NCBI RefSeq assembly: GCF_006345805.1 | Contig: NC_043003.1 | Location: 15,252,001-15,316,000, forward strand | Reading direction: 5' to 3' | Source: Octopus sinensis | Taxonomy: Eukaryota | DNA: 64,000 bases | Shown here: one piece after another, positions 10,850-24,224 of the stretch | Layout of the letters: each line of letters opens with the position of its first letter | Numbering within the stretch: the first letter of the stretch is position 1 | The notes under the pieces: generated by a model | Databases searched by the model: none | Told to the model about the DNA's origin: nothing | The model's input: the letters and a program-made list of their open reading frames with translations, nothing else | Translations under genes and position numbers: made by a program

Positions 10850-11335
10850 AGTCCAGCAATATCGGAGTAGGGGGTAAGCTGATTACATCGACTCCAGTGC
10901 TCAACTGTCACTTATTTTATCGATCACGATAGGATGAAAGGCAGCATCGACCTCGGCGGAATTTGAACCCAGAACGTAAAGACGGACGAAATGCCACTAA
11001 GCATCCTATCCAGCATGCAAACGATTCTGCCATCTACCGAACAATGCCTGAAATTTTAAAGGAAAGGACCAACTTGATTACACCGGTCTTAGTGTTCAAC
11101 CCGTACGGCGAGCTGGCAGAAACGTTAGCACGCCGAAATGCTTTGCGGTATTTCGTCTGCCGCTACGTTCTGAGTTCAAATTCCGCCGAGGACAACTTTG
11201 CCTTTCATCCTTTCGGGGTCGATTAAATAAGTACCAGTTTCGCACTGGGGTCGATATAATCGACTTAATCCGTTTGTCTGTCCTTGTTTGTCCTCTCTGT
11301 GTTTAGCCCCTTGTGGGTAGTAAAGAAATAGGTAC
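10850..11335. mobile_element. Two SINE-B copies, head to head (10850-11040 minus; 11106-11332 plus)
   Basis: Family B body; the plus copy has the tail ..GTCCTCTCTGTGTTTAGCCCCTTGTGGGTAGTAAAGAAATAGG. Confidence 0.85.
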
Positions 11336-12199
11336 TTATTTCATCGACCTCGAAAGGACTAAACACAAAGTGGACCCCAACAATATTTTTATTATTGTTT
11401 TTTTTTTATTTCCTTACAAGGAATGAATGATTCCACAGCTTTTCCCTGCCGTCGATACGTCCCAAATTGTCACAAATCCGCTATGCGGATTTGGTTGCCC
11501 TATGAAATATATATTCTCTCCTCCCCTATTTTTTCTCCCCGCTGTCCGTCACTGCCTTTCTTGCATGTGTAATTAATCCGGGCATATCACATTTGTCTCT
11601 CAGCCATCACCAGGATTGAAAGAGGCGTAAAATCAAATCGCTTCAGGATGGTTAATCCTAGTCGTCGGTGGCTAAACCGTTAACCACACGGAGCATGCTT
11701 TGCGAGGAGGGTGATTTTCTTTCTATTTGGTAATCTTGGAGGACGAAAAACTAAATCTGTCAAAAAGCGAATGAACGTTGGTCAGCCAAAAGCCATACAA
11801 ATAGTTTTTCATTCTTAGTATTGCTGCTGCTGATGTCATTACCAACTTTTGGCAGTAATAATGGTAATGAATATCTCAAGAGCAAAACCTACTGGAATCG
11901 CCCTCCAGAATATAGGTCTACCACAAAAGGAGGTAATTAAAGGAGTAGATGGGATTTCCGTCGTATTGGCATAAGTCGTGGAGAATGCTGCCCGTGTTGA
12001 ACACAAGAAGTTCACCATGGGGTACCTTACAGGAATGTCGACCAGTATGAAACAGTTTGCTTTTGTTAGGCGTAGATAGGCTTCTTTGAGCCACGGAGAA
12101 TTATTTATCCAGAGATGGTGTCTCAATAAAAACACCAATTTCTATGGTATCTTACTCAGAAATCCAACATGTATTAATGTCAACGAAGCAACATTTATA

Positions 12200-12433
12200 C
12201 CTATTTCTTTACTGCCCACAAGGGGCTAAACACAGAGAGGACAAACAAGGACAGACAAAGGGATTAAGTCGATTATATCGACCCCAGTGCGTAACTGGTA
12301 CTTAATTAATCGACCCCGGAAGGATGAAAGGCAAAGTCGACCTCGGCGGAATTTGAACTCCGAACGTAGCGGCAGACGAAATACCGGTAAGCATTTCGCC
12401 CAGCGCGCTAACGTTTCTGCCAGCTCGCCGCCT
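12200..12433 (-). mobile_element. SINE family B, full length
   Basis: Complete head-to-tail match to the other family B copies. Confidence 0.9.
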
Positions 12434-12524
12434 TGATTTATACCGGATCGGTCGTCGCAACATTTATACCGGATCGGTCGTCGCCCAAGGGAACAAAGAC
12501 CACGTCACTCTGAGAAGAACCAGT

Positions 12525-13650
12525 CAAGGCTTTCAACTCTGTGCCACACAAAAGGCTTATGGTGAAACTCTCTGCAAGGGTGTGGGGGATGACCTTTTTA
12601 ACTGGTTGAAATCTTCATCCTCAGCCGAAAGGAGGTAGTCACAGTTCTAGACAGCACTCTACACCATAGAGATGTCATCGGGTGTACCACAGGGATCTGT
12701 CCTTGGTCCCCTCCTGTTTGTGGCATACATTAATGACATAGATGCCAATTTAAAGAATGCCACAGTATTGAAATATGCAGACGACATCAAGCTGTACCTT
12801 GAAATCAAGAGGACTGATCCTGATGTCTACAACTTTTCCTGCAATCAGACCTAGACACAATGCAGCAATGGATCACAGACTGGCAACTGAAACTGGCTGT
12901 GGACAAGTGTACCACCATGCATTTTGGAGAAAAAACCCTGCGTCCACATACTCCCTCCACAACACTGATATCAAGAAATCCTCTTGCGAGCGTGACCTAG
13001 GCATCACTGTCAGCAGTGATTGCGTTGGACAAAGCATATCTCTAAAATTGTCAAGAAGGCCGAGGGTGTCTTGGCATCACTCAGCAAGACTTGTTAGCCG
13101 CTCTCCAGCCATCTATTTAAAACTGTATACAGCTATGGTACGACCACACTTGGAATTCGCATCATCAGTTTGGAATCCCTATCTTGCTCAGAACATTGAC
13201 CTCCTGGAATCTGTCCAGAGACGTGCAACCAAACGCATACCCTCCATCAGACACCTACCATATTCTGAGCGCCTTGTTTCCCTGGGCATGGATTCACTGA
13301 AGCTCCGGCGTCTGGCGACGGACTTGGTAAACACCCACAAGGCTATCAACACCTCACCAACAACAACACTGAACACCTTTTTGATCTCCATGTGTCTAAC
13401 ACACGTGGACATGCCTACAAAGTCAGAAAACAGCACAGCTCCCATGACTTTCGGAAACATTTTTTCACGCTCAGGGTTGCTGAAGCGTGGAATAAACTGC
13501 CTGCATCAGTTGTTGACTGCCATGACACTGCATCCTTTAAGGCCCTCATGCTTCCCGAAATCCGTCGAAACTACACCTGATTATATATACACTTTAGATG
13601 AGTTGTAGTGCACCTGAGCACTGTACACAATTATTATTATTATTATTATT
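12525..13650 (+). mobile_element. CR1-clade LINE 3' fragment (RT), frameshifted, (ATT)n tail
   Basis: [79 protein letters not shown]. Confidence 0.9.
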
Positions 13651-14430
13651 ATAAGAGTCAAAGAGTTTGCTACTGGTTCAAAGCTTCCCAACAATATGAG
13701 GTTGGAGGTATCTTACAACAGGACACATCCTTCTGAGGGCCCTCCCTGTTCAAAACCAGCAGGTATCAATCAAATCAAAAGACAGAAATGAACAGCGAAG
13801 ACAATAGACAGGCGGAACTTATTGCATGTTCGGGTAAGATTCAGAGGGGAAAGAATCCCAACATCAGGCTAAACACAAACAATAATAAACCCGCGAATGT
13901 ACGCAGAAATATTATAACACGGAAACTGTTGACAGACATTGAAACTGACAAAAGAAAAGAAATCATACAAACAGATTTGAGAGATAGGGAGGGCGGGAGA
14001 AAGAGAGGGGGGAGAGAAAGAGAGAGAGAGAGAGTGAGAAAGAGAGAGAGGGAACCATGAATACAACTCATAAATTAACCGACAAAAATTATACCAGAGT
14101 CAAAACAGAAAAATATTTACAGGAAAGAGTAAATAACATGACACCCAGTTTGAGAAAAAAAAAGGCGTAAATACACTCCCTGGAGATGAAGCCATTGTAG
14201 AGGAACAAATTAGCGGAAATGAACAATGTTGTTGGTATCAAGATATGTGATCTGAAAGAACTTGAAAAGAAATTAATCACTGAACATGAAGGCATGCAGT
14301 GAAGTTTGTAAGATCTGCAATAGTAAAAAATAACGTAAAAATATCTGTTTGGTGAATATGGTACTTAAGACCATTATAAAAGAAAATTAACGAGATATCA
14401 CACCCTTGAATGAGTCACTCGGTTATTGAG

Positions 14431-14815
14431 GAGGCGCAATGGCCCATTGGTTAGGGCAGCGGACTCGCGGTCGTAGGATCGCGGTTTCGATTCCCAGACC
14501 GGGCGTTGTGAGTGTTTATTGAGCGAAAACACCTAAAAGCTCCACGAGGCTCCGGCAGGGGATGGTGGTGATCCCTGCTGTACTCTTTCGCCACGACTTT
14601 CTCTCTCACTCTTTCTTCCTGTTTCTGTTGTACCTGTATTTCAAAGGGCCGGCCTTGTCACTCTCTGTGTCACGCTGAATATCCCCGAGAACTACGTTAA
14701 GGGTACACGTGTCTGTGGAGTGCTCAGCCACTTACACGTTAATTTCACGAGCAGGCTGTTCCGTTGATCGGATCAACCGGAACCCTCATCGTCGTAACCG
14801 ACGGAGTGCTTCCAC
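14431..14815 (+). mobile_element. SINE family C (tRNA-like head, Arg-like)
   Basis: GGAGGCGCAATGGCCCATTGGTTAGG..GGTTTCGATTCCC (A/B boxes); near-identical copy at 61378-61758. Confidence 0.85.
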
Positions 14816-15061
14816 CACTCTGTTACTGCTATTCTCTGCGCCAAAATGTGTGGTGTAAAACTGAAAAATAAAGGGACAAGTCTTCTTTAAAAAACCCAAC
14901 GTACCAGAAAAGATCAAGAAACAAATTGATGCTCGTTGATCTGATATTGAATTACTGAAAAACTTAAGCAATAATTTCGTTTTTGGATTTGGTTTGCAAG
15001 ATTCTTTATATGAGTTCGTGTGTTGAAGCATGTTGAAACTATGAAAAGGAAACTATGAAAT

Positions 15062-15455
15062 AGGCGCAGGCGTGGCTGTGTGGTAAGTAGCTTGTTTACC
15101 AACCACATGGTTCCGGGTTCATTCCCACTGCGTGGCACCTTGGGTAAGTGTCTTCTACTATAGCCTCGGGCCGACCAAAGCCTTGTGAGTGGATTTAGTA
15201 GACGGAAACTGAAAGAAGCCCGTCGTATATATGTATATATATATGTATGCGTGTCTATGTTTGTCCCCTTAGCATTGCTTGACAGCCGATGCTGGTGTGT
15301 TTATATCCCCGTTACTTAGCGGTTCGGCAAAAGAGACCGATAGAATAAGTACTGGGCTTACAAAAGAATAAGTCCCGGGGTCGAGCTGCTCGATTAAAGG
15401 CGGTGCTCCAGCATGGCCGCAGTCAAATGACTGAAACAAGTAATAGAGTAATAGA
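15062..15455 (+). mobile_element. SINE family A, full length
   Basis: tRNA-like head, internal (TA)n, tail GGCGGTGCTCCAGCATGGCCGCAGTCAAATGACTGAAAC. Confidence 0.9.
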
Positions 15456-16224
15456 GAGAGAGAGTAATAGAGTTGCAAGACGCAACGAAAATTTCAGGAA
15501 AATAAAAATAAGAAAAAAGTGGAGATTTTACCGGTGAGTGTGTTACATTATAAGGCACAAAAAGGAAATGACTCTCTCCAGACACAACAGATTAAGCAAT
15601 AACCATAATATAAAACCATTTAAGAAGAGAAAGATAATGAGAAAATATGAACTGAAATATGAATATCAATTTGCTGAAGTAGTGGAAAAGATAAAAAACA
15701 AACGGTAGGCTAAAACTGTGCGCGTACGACACTTGGAAAACCCATTCAGGTTCTTCAGAGATTATAACATGTTTAAGAATAATCCACAGAAATTCTATAG
15801 GCACATTGGAGAGAGCATCATCAAAATTGATGAAGTCTTCTCAGAATAAGAAATACTTGAGTTCTGGAGTTAAGTTTGGGCAGAAGAGATAGGATGCATA
15901 ACTGTGAAGCCCCATCGATTAATAGACAAAAACAAGACATTGAGCTTTCAGAAGAGCAGATGTGGAAAGATTTTAGTGTAGATGTCAGGCTTACATTGAA
16001 AAAGTTCAGTTAATGGAAGTCACCAGGAAAGGATAAAATCCCAAAATACTGGATTAATGTTTTTAACAAACTCACGCAAAAAAGCTTGCTGTTAAAACGT
16101 AGTTATGAAGGAACCATAAATGGCTCCAGAATGACCGGTCAATGATATCACATTTTGCTTTCCAAATATGGTGAAAACAAAAAGACCCCTACGAACTACA
16201 GATACTTAGATGTCATATAACAAT

Positions 16225-16615
16225 GTAGGAGTGGGTGTGTGGTAAGTAGCTTGTTTACCAACCACATGGTTCCGGGTTCAGTCCCACTGCGTGGCATCTT
16301 GGGCAAGTGTCTTCTACTATAGCCTCGGGTCGACTAAAGCCTTGTGAGTGGATTTGGTAGACGGAAACTGAAAGAAGCCCATCGTATATATGTGTGTATA
16401 TGTTTGTGTGTCTGTGTTTGTCCCCCAACATCGCTTGACAACCGATGCTGGTGTGTTTACGTCGCCGTAACTTAGCAGTTCGGCAAAAGAGACCGATAGA
16501 ATAAGTACTAGGGTTACAAAGAATAAGTCCTGGGGTCGATTTGCTCGACTAAAGGCGGTGCTCCAGCATGACCACAGTCACATGACTGAAACAAGTAAAA
16601 GAGTAAAAGAGTAAA
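16225..16615 (+). mobile_element. SINE family A nested in the R4-like LINE
   Basis: Family A match. Confidence 0.9.
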
Positions 16616-17314
16616 GAGTATCTATCTTAATGGACACGTGCTTTCCTCGTTAAGAGCATTTTCCCTGATGAACACAAAGGCTGTAAACGTGGGTCATACG
16701 GATTCAGGGATCAACACTTAATTAACAAAATGATTGTTGATGATTGTCACAACAGAAAAAAAGCATCTTTCAGTGACTTGCATAGACCACAAGATGTCCT
16801 GGAAGACATTCAAAATTTCGCGCCAGTTATCTGGAACTTTTTTTTAATCTCCTGTTATGGAAGTCAGCAAAAAAACGACATTAATTCTCAACACGGAAAC
16901 TACAACTATAAGCTCTGAAGAAGTCAATATCAATTGTGGGATCTTTCAAGGAGACTCATTCTGTCTAGAGTTGTCTCCTCTCAGTAAACTCCTGAATGGA
17001 TGAAATTCTGGATACAAGGTGTAAGGAAAAAACAATCATTCATCTTGTCTGTATGGATGATTTGAAACTATTAGCAAAAGAATGATCAACAGCTGAAGAC
17101 ACTTCTTCACAGAATCCAGCAATTTGGTGATAATTTAGTGATGATATCAGAATGGGATTTAGGCTTGACAAGTGTACCAAGGTCACATTTACCAAAGGAA
17201 AATTGTCCAACACATGCAACATTAGGGGGTCGGCGAATCGGGGTAAATTAACCCAAGTGGGGGTAAAAATGAAATTCTTGGGGGGTAACGAGGACTCGTT
17301 AGACATTCTCTTCT

Positions 17315-17506
17315 TCTTTCTTTTACTTGTTTCAGTCATTTGACTGCGGCCATGCTGGAGCACCGGCTTTAGTCGAGCAAATCGACCCCAGGACTTATTC
17401 TTTGTAAGCCTAGTACTTATTCTATCGATATCTTTTTGCCGAATCGTTACGGGGACATAAACACACCAGCATCGGTTGTCAAGCAATGTTGGGGGTAGAA
17501 ACACAG

Positions 17507-17537
<31 letters not shown>

Positions 17538-17693
17538 CGACAGGCTTCTTTCAGTTTCTGTCTACCAAATCCACTTACAAGGCTTTGGTCGGCACGTGGC
17601 TATAGTAGAAGACACTTGTCCAAAGTGCCACGTAGTGGAAATGAACCCGGAACCATGTGGTTGGTAAGCAAGCTACTTACCACACAGCCACTT
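17315..17693 (-). mobile_element. SINE family A nested in the R4-like LINE
   Basis: Family A match. Confidence 0.9.
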
Positions 17694-18416
17694 CTGGCAG
17701 CACTGCATCTGCTTAATGCAATGGACGTATAAACAGATTCATCTAGATTCAATAAAATAGATTTAATAAACCTTTAAATTCAAAGAATCTATGATTTTCT
17801 TCCTTTCAAATTAAGGGGGTAACTTCGGCGTAAATAAATATATTTGGGGGTAATTGGTTAAAAAAGTTCCCCGACCCCTGCTCTAGATAGAGATACCGAA
17901 GAAAAGAACTAGAATCTGCGAGCAGTTATACGTACTTAGGCGTATAGAAAGGAGATGGGATTAAACACTCATTGATAACAGGAAAGATATGAAAGGGCTA
18001 CTATCGTTGAACAAGAGCTATTCTGAAAACCGAGTTGAAAGCCTAAAACAGAAATAGGGCCATAAACACGCTGGCTGTACCTGTAATCACAAACGGATTC
18101 TATGTTATAAACGGGTCCATTTCTGCGATCAACAAAGGTGATGTCAAAATCCGAAAGCTGAGGATAACGTATCATATGCATCTCCATGAAGCAGACATAA
18201 ACCGAATAGACCTTTCAAGAAAAGCAGACGATCGGTACTTAATAAGTCTCAACTGTCATTGAAAATTGCAATCATAGGATACACTGTCTTGGTGCAACTG
18301 ACAATGCAAGACAGATACAAAATATTTCTAAACAAACTATATATAAAAGTAAGAAATTACTGTGGTCAAGGCTGCGTGGCGTTCGATTATAAATAAATAA
18401 AACGAAAAATACACAT

Positions 18417-18468
<52 letters not shown>

Positions 18469-18659
18469 CCAGCCCCTCGTATATAAACAATACATTCAAA
18501 AGAGATTTCTCAAGAATTCAATCACAACTACCATCCACAACAAGTTCACTTTCAGGGCACTTGACCATTTAACATCCTACTACTATGATACCACTCCCAC
18601 ATTTTTCTTCTTGTCCTCCCCTCCCCCCTCCTCCCCCCCCTCCTCCTCTTCCTTGCTTC

Positions 18660-18736
18660 CTTCCTTTCTTCTTCTTCTTCTTCTTCTTCTTCTTCTTCTT
18701 CTTCTTCTTCTTCTTCTTCTTCTTCTTCTTCTTCTT
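18660..18736. repeat. (CTT)n microsatellite
   Basis: Direct reading. Confidence 0.95.
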
Positions 18737-19025
18737 CCATACCAAGAATTCACAACGACCTCGAACCCACAAGAGTAAACAAGAGAGAGAGAGAGAAACA
18801 GGCAGAAACAAGGAAAATGCCACTTGTATTTGAACACTATGCAAATATTCTTTTAAAAAAAATTTTCTTTTAATTTTTCCAAAATTTAATTGTTTTCCAT
18901 ATTTACAGTTGAAAAAGTCTCAGTGACTGAAACCGGTACTGAAGTGCTTTTATAAAATTATTTTAGCATTTTCTACCTTGACTTTTTTTCCATATATATC
19001 AACTCGTGTGTTCCTTTTCAACCTT

Positions 19026-19064
<39 letters not shown>

Positions 19065-19411
19065 TGTATGTATGTATGTATGTATGTATGTATGTATGTA
19101 TGTATACGAGGCGCTGGCACACACAGTTTTTTGTCAACTCACTCACAAGGGATTGGTCGGCCCGGGGTCTATAGCAGAAGCTTGTTGCCGCGCAGTAGGA
19201 TTGAACACGAAACCACTTGGTTGCAAAGAAATGTTCTTAAAACTCACGGTCACTCAGGCGTCTTCAGTGGAAAAAGAAATCAACAGGTTAGATCAACGAC
19301 AGGAAGGGGAACGAAGTAGAAAGGTAACGAGAAAGGTATGGTGATGGTGGTGGAGGACCTACTGCTGCTACTGCTGCCGCTGCTGCCGCTGCTGCTGCGG
19401 ATTATAGATTT

Positions 19412-19816
19412 CTATATTACTAGCAGTATCGCCCGGCGTTGCTCGGGTTTGTAAGGGAAATAACTATATAAGCATTTTTAGAGATGTAAAGTATAATAGC
19501 CATCTCAATATGGCTAACCACAAAGGGGGGGTGTTACTGTAGCTTTTACGTTCTGAGATTTAATAATAAATTTTTAGAGAGTTACTTCCCTTATATATGC
19601 CAAAAATGCATTAAAAATGGGAAAAATTGATGGTATGGTAAATTCTTTAAAAATCGTAGACTCATCGTAGACGCGCACTATACCAGAAGGGCTCGATATG
19701 AATCACGACTATAAGATACCCGTTTTGGTTAAACTGCACCGCAAAATGTGGGAGTAGTTAGGAATCTAAATCGTAGGAGACAGACAGCACACAACCTTAC
19801 TTTTATATATAAAGAT
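19412..19816 (+). mobile_element. Helentron-associated (HINE/DINE-1/Lep1-like) non-autonomous element
   Basis: Begins TACTAGCAGTATCGCCCGGCGTTGCTCGGG (CCCG..CGGG hairpin); ends ACAGACAGCAC..CTTTTATATATAAAGAT, resembling that class by recall. Confidence 0.5.
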
Positions 19817-19997
19817 TTATGGTTATAAGGAGCTAATAAAACGGTATAATAATAGTGAATCGGTATTGATGTAGGTGAGGTGAAAAACAGTAGTGAAGGC
19901 TGGATGCATGAAATAGTAATACGAGGTTTGTTAAAAGAAATTCTTTTAAATGTAGAAGTTAGAAAAATTGGAAGGTGATGCAATCGGCTGATGCCCC

Positions 19998-20034
<37 letters not shown>

Positions 20035-20620
20035 CTATCTAACTATCTGTCTGTCTGTCTGTCTGTCTGTCAATCCCTCTATTTGACTGTTTGTCTGCTT
20101 GTCTGTCAGTCTGTTTTGAATGTATACATGTGTCAATGTGTGTGTTTGCATTATGTACGTATCTATATTGACATATGTATATATAAATATGTGTGTGTGT
20201 ATATATATATATATATATACATATATATGCATTAGCGTGTGTATATGCGTGTGTGTGTGTGTACGTATGGTGTGTGTACATATATATATATATATTATAT
20301 ATATATATATATGGATTAAAGTAATAAGTGAAAAAGCATCACTCAAAATACATCATCATCATCATCGTTTAACGTCCGTTTTCCATGCTAGCATGGGTTG
20401 GACATGTTTATATATACATATATATATATACATATATACGCATATACATTTATGTATGTGTGTGTGTATGTTTTATATATATATATATATATGCGCGTGT
20501 GTGTATACATATACATATATATATGGGTAGATTTATGCATATATGTTTATGCATGCGTGTGTGTATATATTTATACGTATATATTGTGCACAAACACGTG
20601 TATGTGTCTATATACATGAC

Positions 20621-20651
<31 letters not shown>

Positions 20652-20696
20652 ACTTATATATGTGTAAACATACCTAAATATATATATATATATATA

Positions 20697-20993
20697 TAGT
20701 GAGGGAAGAAATGGAGCTGAACGAAGATTTTACAAAATTCCTTTTTATTATTTTCTACACATGTTTCAGTCTTGTGCCATTCATACCATGGGCTCCTAGG
20801 GAGCGTTTGTTCGAAAAGCTTGCTGCGCATTTGTTTGGAGATTTAAGTTCCTGGATTTTCCTGAAGAGAATGCTGCAAAATGGTCTCCTTATTCAATCCG
20901 AATTAGGGAATTTGCAGCCTTTGAAACATGTGTAGAAAATAATAAAAAGGAATTTTGTAAAATCTTCGTTCAGCTCCATTTCTTCCCTCACTA
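20697..20993. mobile_element. MITE with perfect 72 bp inverted arms
   Basis: 20697-20768 is the exact reverse complement of 20922-20993 (terminal TA included); 153 bp spacer; sits at the end of a (TA)n tract. Confidence 0.85.
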
Positions 20994-21144
20994 AATATAA
21001 AACTTCAATTATCCGCACTAAGGCACGGTTGCGATACCCATGGTCGTAACCTCAACCGTGATTTTTCTGTTGTGATTTTTGCTACCCCGGTATCGGTTAT
21101 CTTTTGAATAATCCGTAACAAGATAATTCATTTATCCATTTCAT

Positions 21145-21189
<45 letters not shown>

Positions 21190-21876
21190 TATAATATATA
21201 TATTTATATATACATTGTGTGTGTACATCTATTTATGTACATATATTTACACACACACACACACGCACGCAGAGACAGACAGACAGGCAAACAGACAGGC
21301 AAACAGACAGGCAAACAGACAGACAGACATTCATTTAATTTTATATATTACTTATTTGCTGTGAAGCTTATATGTAGTTTCGTGCGCCAGTGCTATAAAT
21401 TTTTGTTTTGTTGATATACATACACGCAAGCGTGCATCGCGCACAAAAACACATGCCTACACGTGTCTTTTTGTGTATAAGTTGACGGCAAATTTCGAAA
21501 ACGCGCTTTGTTTTTGCAAAAAATGCAATCTCCTGTGACGGACAAAACAGAGAAATCCGAAATAAGGTATTAAAAATAAACCCACATAAACAAACAAACA
21601 ATATAAGAAAAAAGAAACGGAAGTTGGTGGGGTGTTTATATTTTACCTCCACCGCAATTGACGTATAAAGAAACGCATTTACGTACGTACGTAATTATGT
21701 ATGTATGTATGTATGTATGTATGTATGTATGCATGTATGTATGTATGTATGTATGTATGTATGTATGCATGTATGTATGTATGTGTGTATGTATGTATGT
21801 ACGTATGTATGTACGTATGCATGTATGTATGTATGCATGTATGTATAAGCGCTATTCATACTATGAGGTTCCAGAT

Positions 21877-22125
21877 GGCTACTACTTAAGAAGAGTGATC
21901 CCGGTGCGTTCACTCGCATAGTCGCGCATCCGCGCTAGCTAGTCGTGACTAGTCGATCCTACAACGACTACCTAGCAAAGTAAATAAAACAAAGTAAATA
22001 ATTTTTTTAAACAAAGTAAATAAAACACAAAAACACAAAGTAAGGATCGACTAGTCACAACTAGCTAGCGCGGATGCGCGACTACGCGAGTGCGCGATCC
22101 GGGACCACTCTTCTTAAGTAGTACC
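21877..22125. mobile_element. MITE with ~85 bp TIRs, GG..CC termini and 8 bp TSD (Merlin-like)
   Basis: GG(C)TACTACTTAAGAAGAGTG... / ...CACTCTTCTTAAGTAGTACC; TTCCAGAT at 21869-21876 and 22126-22133. Confidence 0.85.
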
Positions 22126-22237
22126 TTCCAGATGTATATCCACTGACAAGAGTATTCCTAATGTATGATGACATTTGGTTGCCGATAACTTTGGACGAGA
22201 TTTTAACCACACACACACAAACACACGCACACACATA

Positions 22238-22310
<73 letters not shown>

Positions 22311-22452
22311 CGGGTTTCTTTCAGGGCTTTGGTCAGTTCAAGGCCACAGTAGAAGACTCTTAGCCAAGGTTCCGCGCAGTGAGATTGATCCCGGAACCAT
22401 GCGGTTGGGAGCAAACTTTTTACAACACAGCCACACATGCGCCTAAATAAAC

Positions 22453-22514
<62 letters not shown>

Positions 22515-22598
22515 ACACCCCAAACCCCACATGTATACGTATTTACATCAGCGTGTTTGCGTATAATTTACAAGATCAGTACAATATCAAACAATTGG

Positions 22599-22918
22599 GG
22601 CACTAGCTAGTCGTGACTAGTCGATCCTACAACGACTACCTAGCAAAGTAAAATAAAACACAAAATAAATAACTTTTTTACACAAAGTAAATAATTTTTT
22701 AAACAAAATAAACAAAGTAAATAAAGGCGGTGCTCCAGCATGGCCGCAGTCAAATGACTGAAACAAGTAAAAAAGACAAAAACACAAAGTCAATAATTTT
22801 TTAAACAAAGTAAATAAAACGCAAAAACACAAAGTAAGGATCGACTAGTCACGACTAGTTAGCACGGATGCGCGGGTATGCAGTGCGCGCACCTGGTCCA
22901 TTCTTCTTAAATAGTACC
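22599..22918. mobile_element. Second copy of the same MITE, left TIR partly deleted, carrying a SINE-A tail
   Basis: CTAGCTAGTCGTGACTAGTCGATCC arms; ACAATTG on both flanks; SINE-A tail at ~22725-22775. Confidence 0.75.
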
Positions 22919-24121
22919 ACAATTGATAAAAAGGTAAAAATTGATAAAAAGGTAAAAATCGAAACCGGCTGAGTTTGAACTTTAAAACACAGGGCCACGC
23001 AACTAAAGAGTATACAGCATTAAGTCGGATCACGTCCCTCACCTTTCCGCTTTTGCTAATGAGAAACAGTGGCACATTTTCATTGATAAATCAAAGAGAA
23101 ATTCGAAGTTAATTACCGCTTCCAATACACGCATTCCGTGGCTGTTGTTGCTAGTTGGCCGAGTCGTGAACGTGTCGGGCAAAGCGCGACTCATAATGTT
23201 ATGAGTTCAAATACAATCGTAACGACATTTTTTTTTTCGTTCTTTTTCCTCCTTTATCCTCCCGCTGTTGACAAAAAAAAAATATTAAATATTATGGGGC
23301 TCGATGATCGATTGTTTTCCTTTCAGCAAATTTCAAGCCTTCCGTTTATATATTTGCAAACAATTATATGTATATATATATATAATAAACAACTGCTGCT
23401 GCGTAATCCCAGGTTAACTTTGATCGTGGAGAGATACGATTGAAAGGTATGTAGCAGTTATTATTTCCATTGTGCCCTAAGAAAAAGATAGCGAGGGAGA
23501 GAGAAAAGTTTTGATTTGAGGGAGACTACATTACTATTTCGAATTATTTATGTAGAAGGTGTCCGCTTAATGACTGTAAACAGGTGTGTCAAAATCGCAC
23601 GCAACGTACAAATTACGTACGCAAAGGACTTTGTTTTAAAATTTATAAATTTATAAAACATAGCGGAAGGAAGAAAGACAGACGAGAAGAAATAGGAAAG
23701 GAAAAATAATACGTAAGACAATACGAGATGGAAAGCAATTGTATATATATATGTATATGTATATACACACCTATAGATATTGTTAATCAAAATCGCTGGA
23801 CCGTTGTTCTGAGGCTGAGTGAAGTACGCGTCAATGTTGAGTAAAAGATATACGGAGAGATATAAAGCTAGGAAAAAAAGAGATAGGTAGGTAGATAGAT
23901 AGATAGATAGATAGGCAGATATAGATAGAAAGAGAGGAAGAGAGTGAGAGGGGGGAAGAGGGAAAGGAAAGAGAAAAGAGAGAGTTATTATGGTAGTGGT
24001 GTGTGATTGGTGGTGGAGGTGGAGTTAACATAGAACGATGACAGCGACGACGACGTTGTCACCAAACGACGCGGTTTCGTCGTGTGTGTCTGACGTAGGT
24101 CTTTTCGCTTCGGTAAGTTGT

Positions 24122-24221
24122 NNNNNNNNNNNNNNNNNNNNNNNNNNNNNNNNNNNNNNNNNNNNNNNNNNNNNNNNNNNNNNNNNNNNNNNNNNNNNNN
24201 NNNNNNNNNNNNNNNNNNNNN
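24122..24221. other. Assembly gap (100 N)
   Basis: Run of N. Confidence 1.
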
Positions 24222-24224
24222 CTA

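Larger units (their letters stand above)
15580..18350 (+). mobile_element. Highly degenerate R4/Dong-like LINE RT region, interrupted by SINEs
   Basis: GIFQGDSF, HLVCMDDLKLLAK, FSDDIRMGFRLDKCTKVTFTKGKL, AINTLAVPVI fragments with many stops. Confidence 0.7.

Noticed and set aside
11400-12190. Unassigned sequence with a 99 aa minus ORF upstream of the CR1 fragment
   Set aside because: No recognisable motif in any frame; probably decayed LINE but not supportable.
13788-14360. Short ORFs around an (AG)n tract
   Set aside because: Low complexity with no recognisable domain.
16664-16695. CTGATGA..TAAACGT hammerhead-like string
   Set aside because: No helix II, and it lies in R4-type RT coding sequence (EHKGCKRGSYG).
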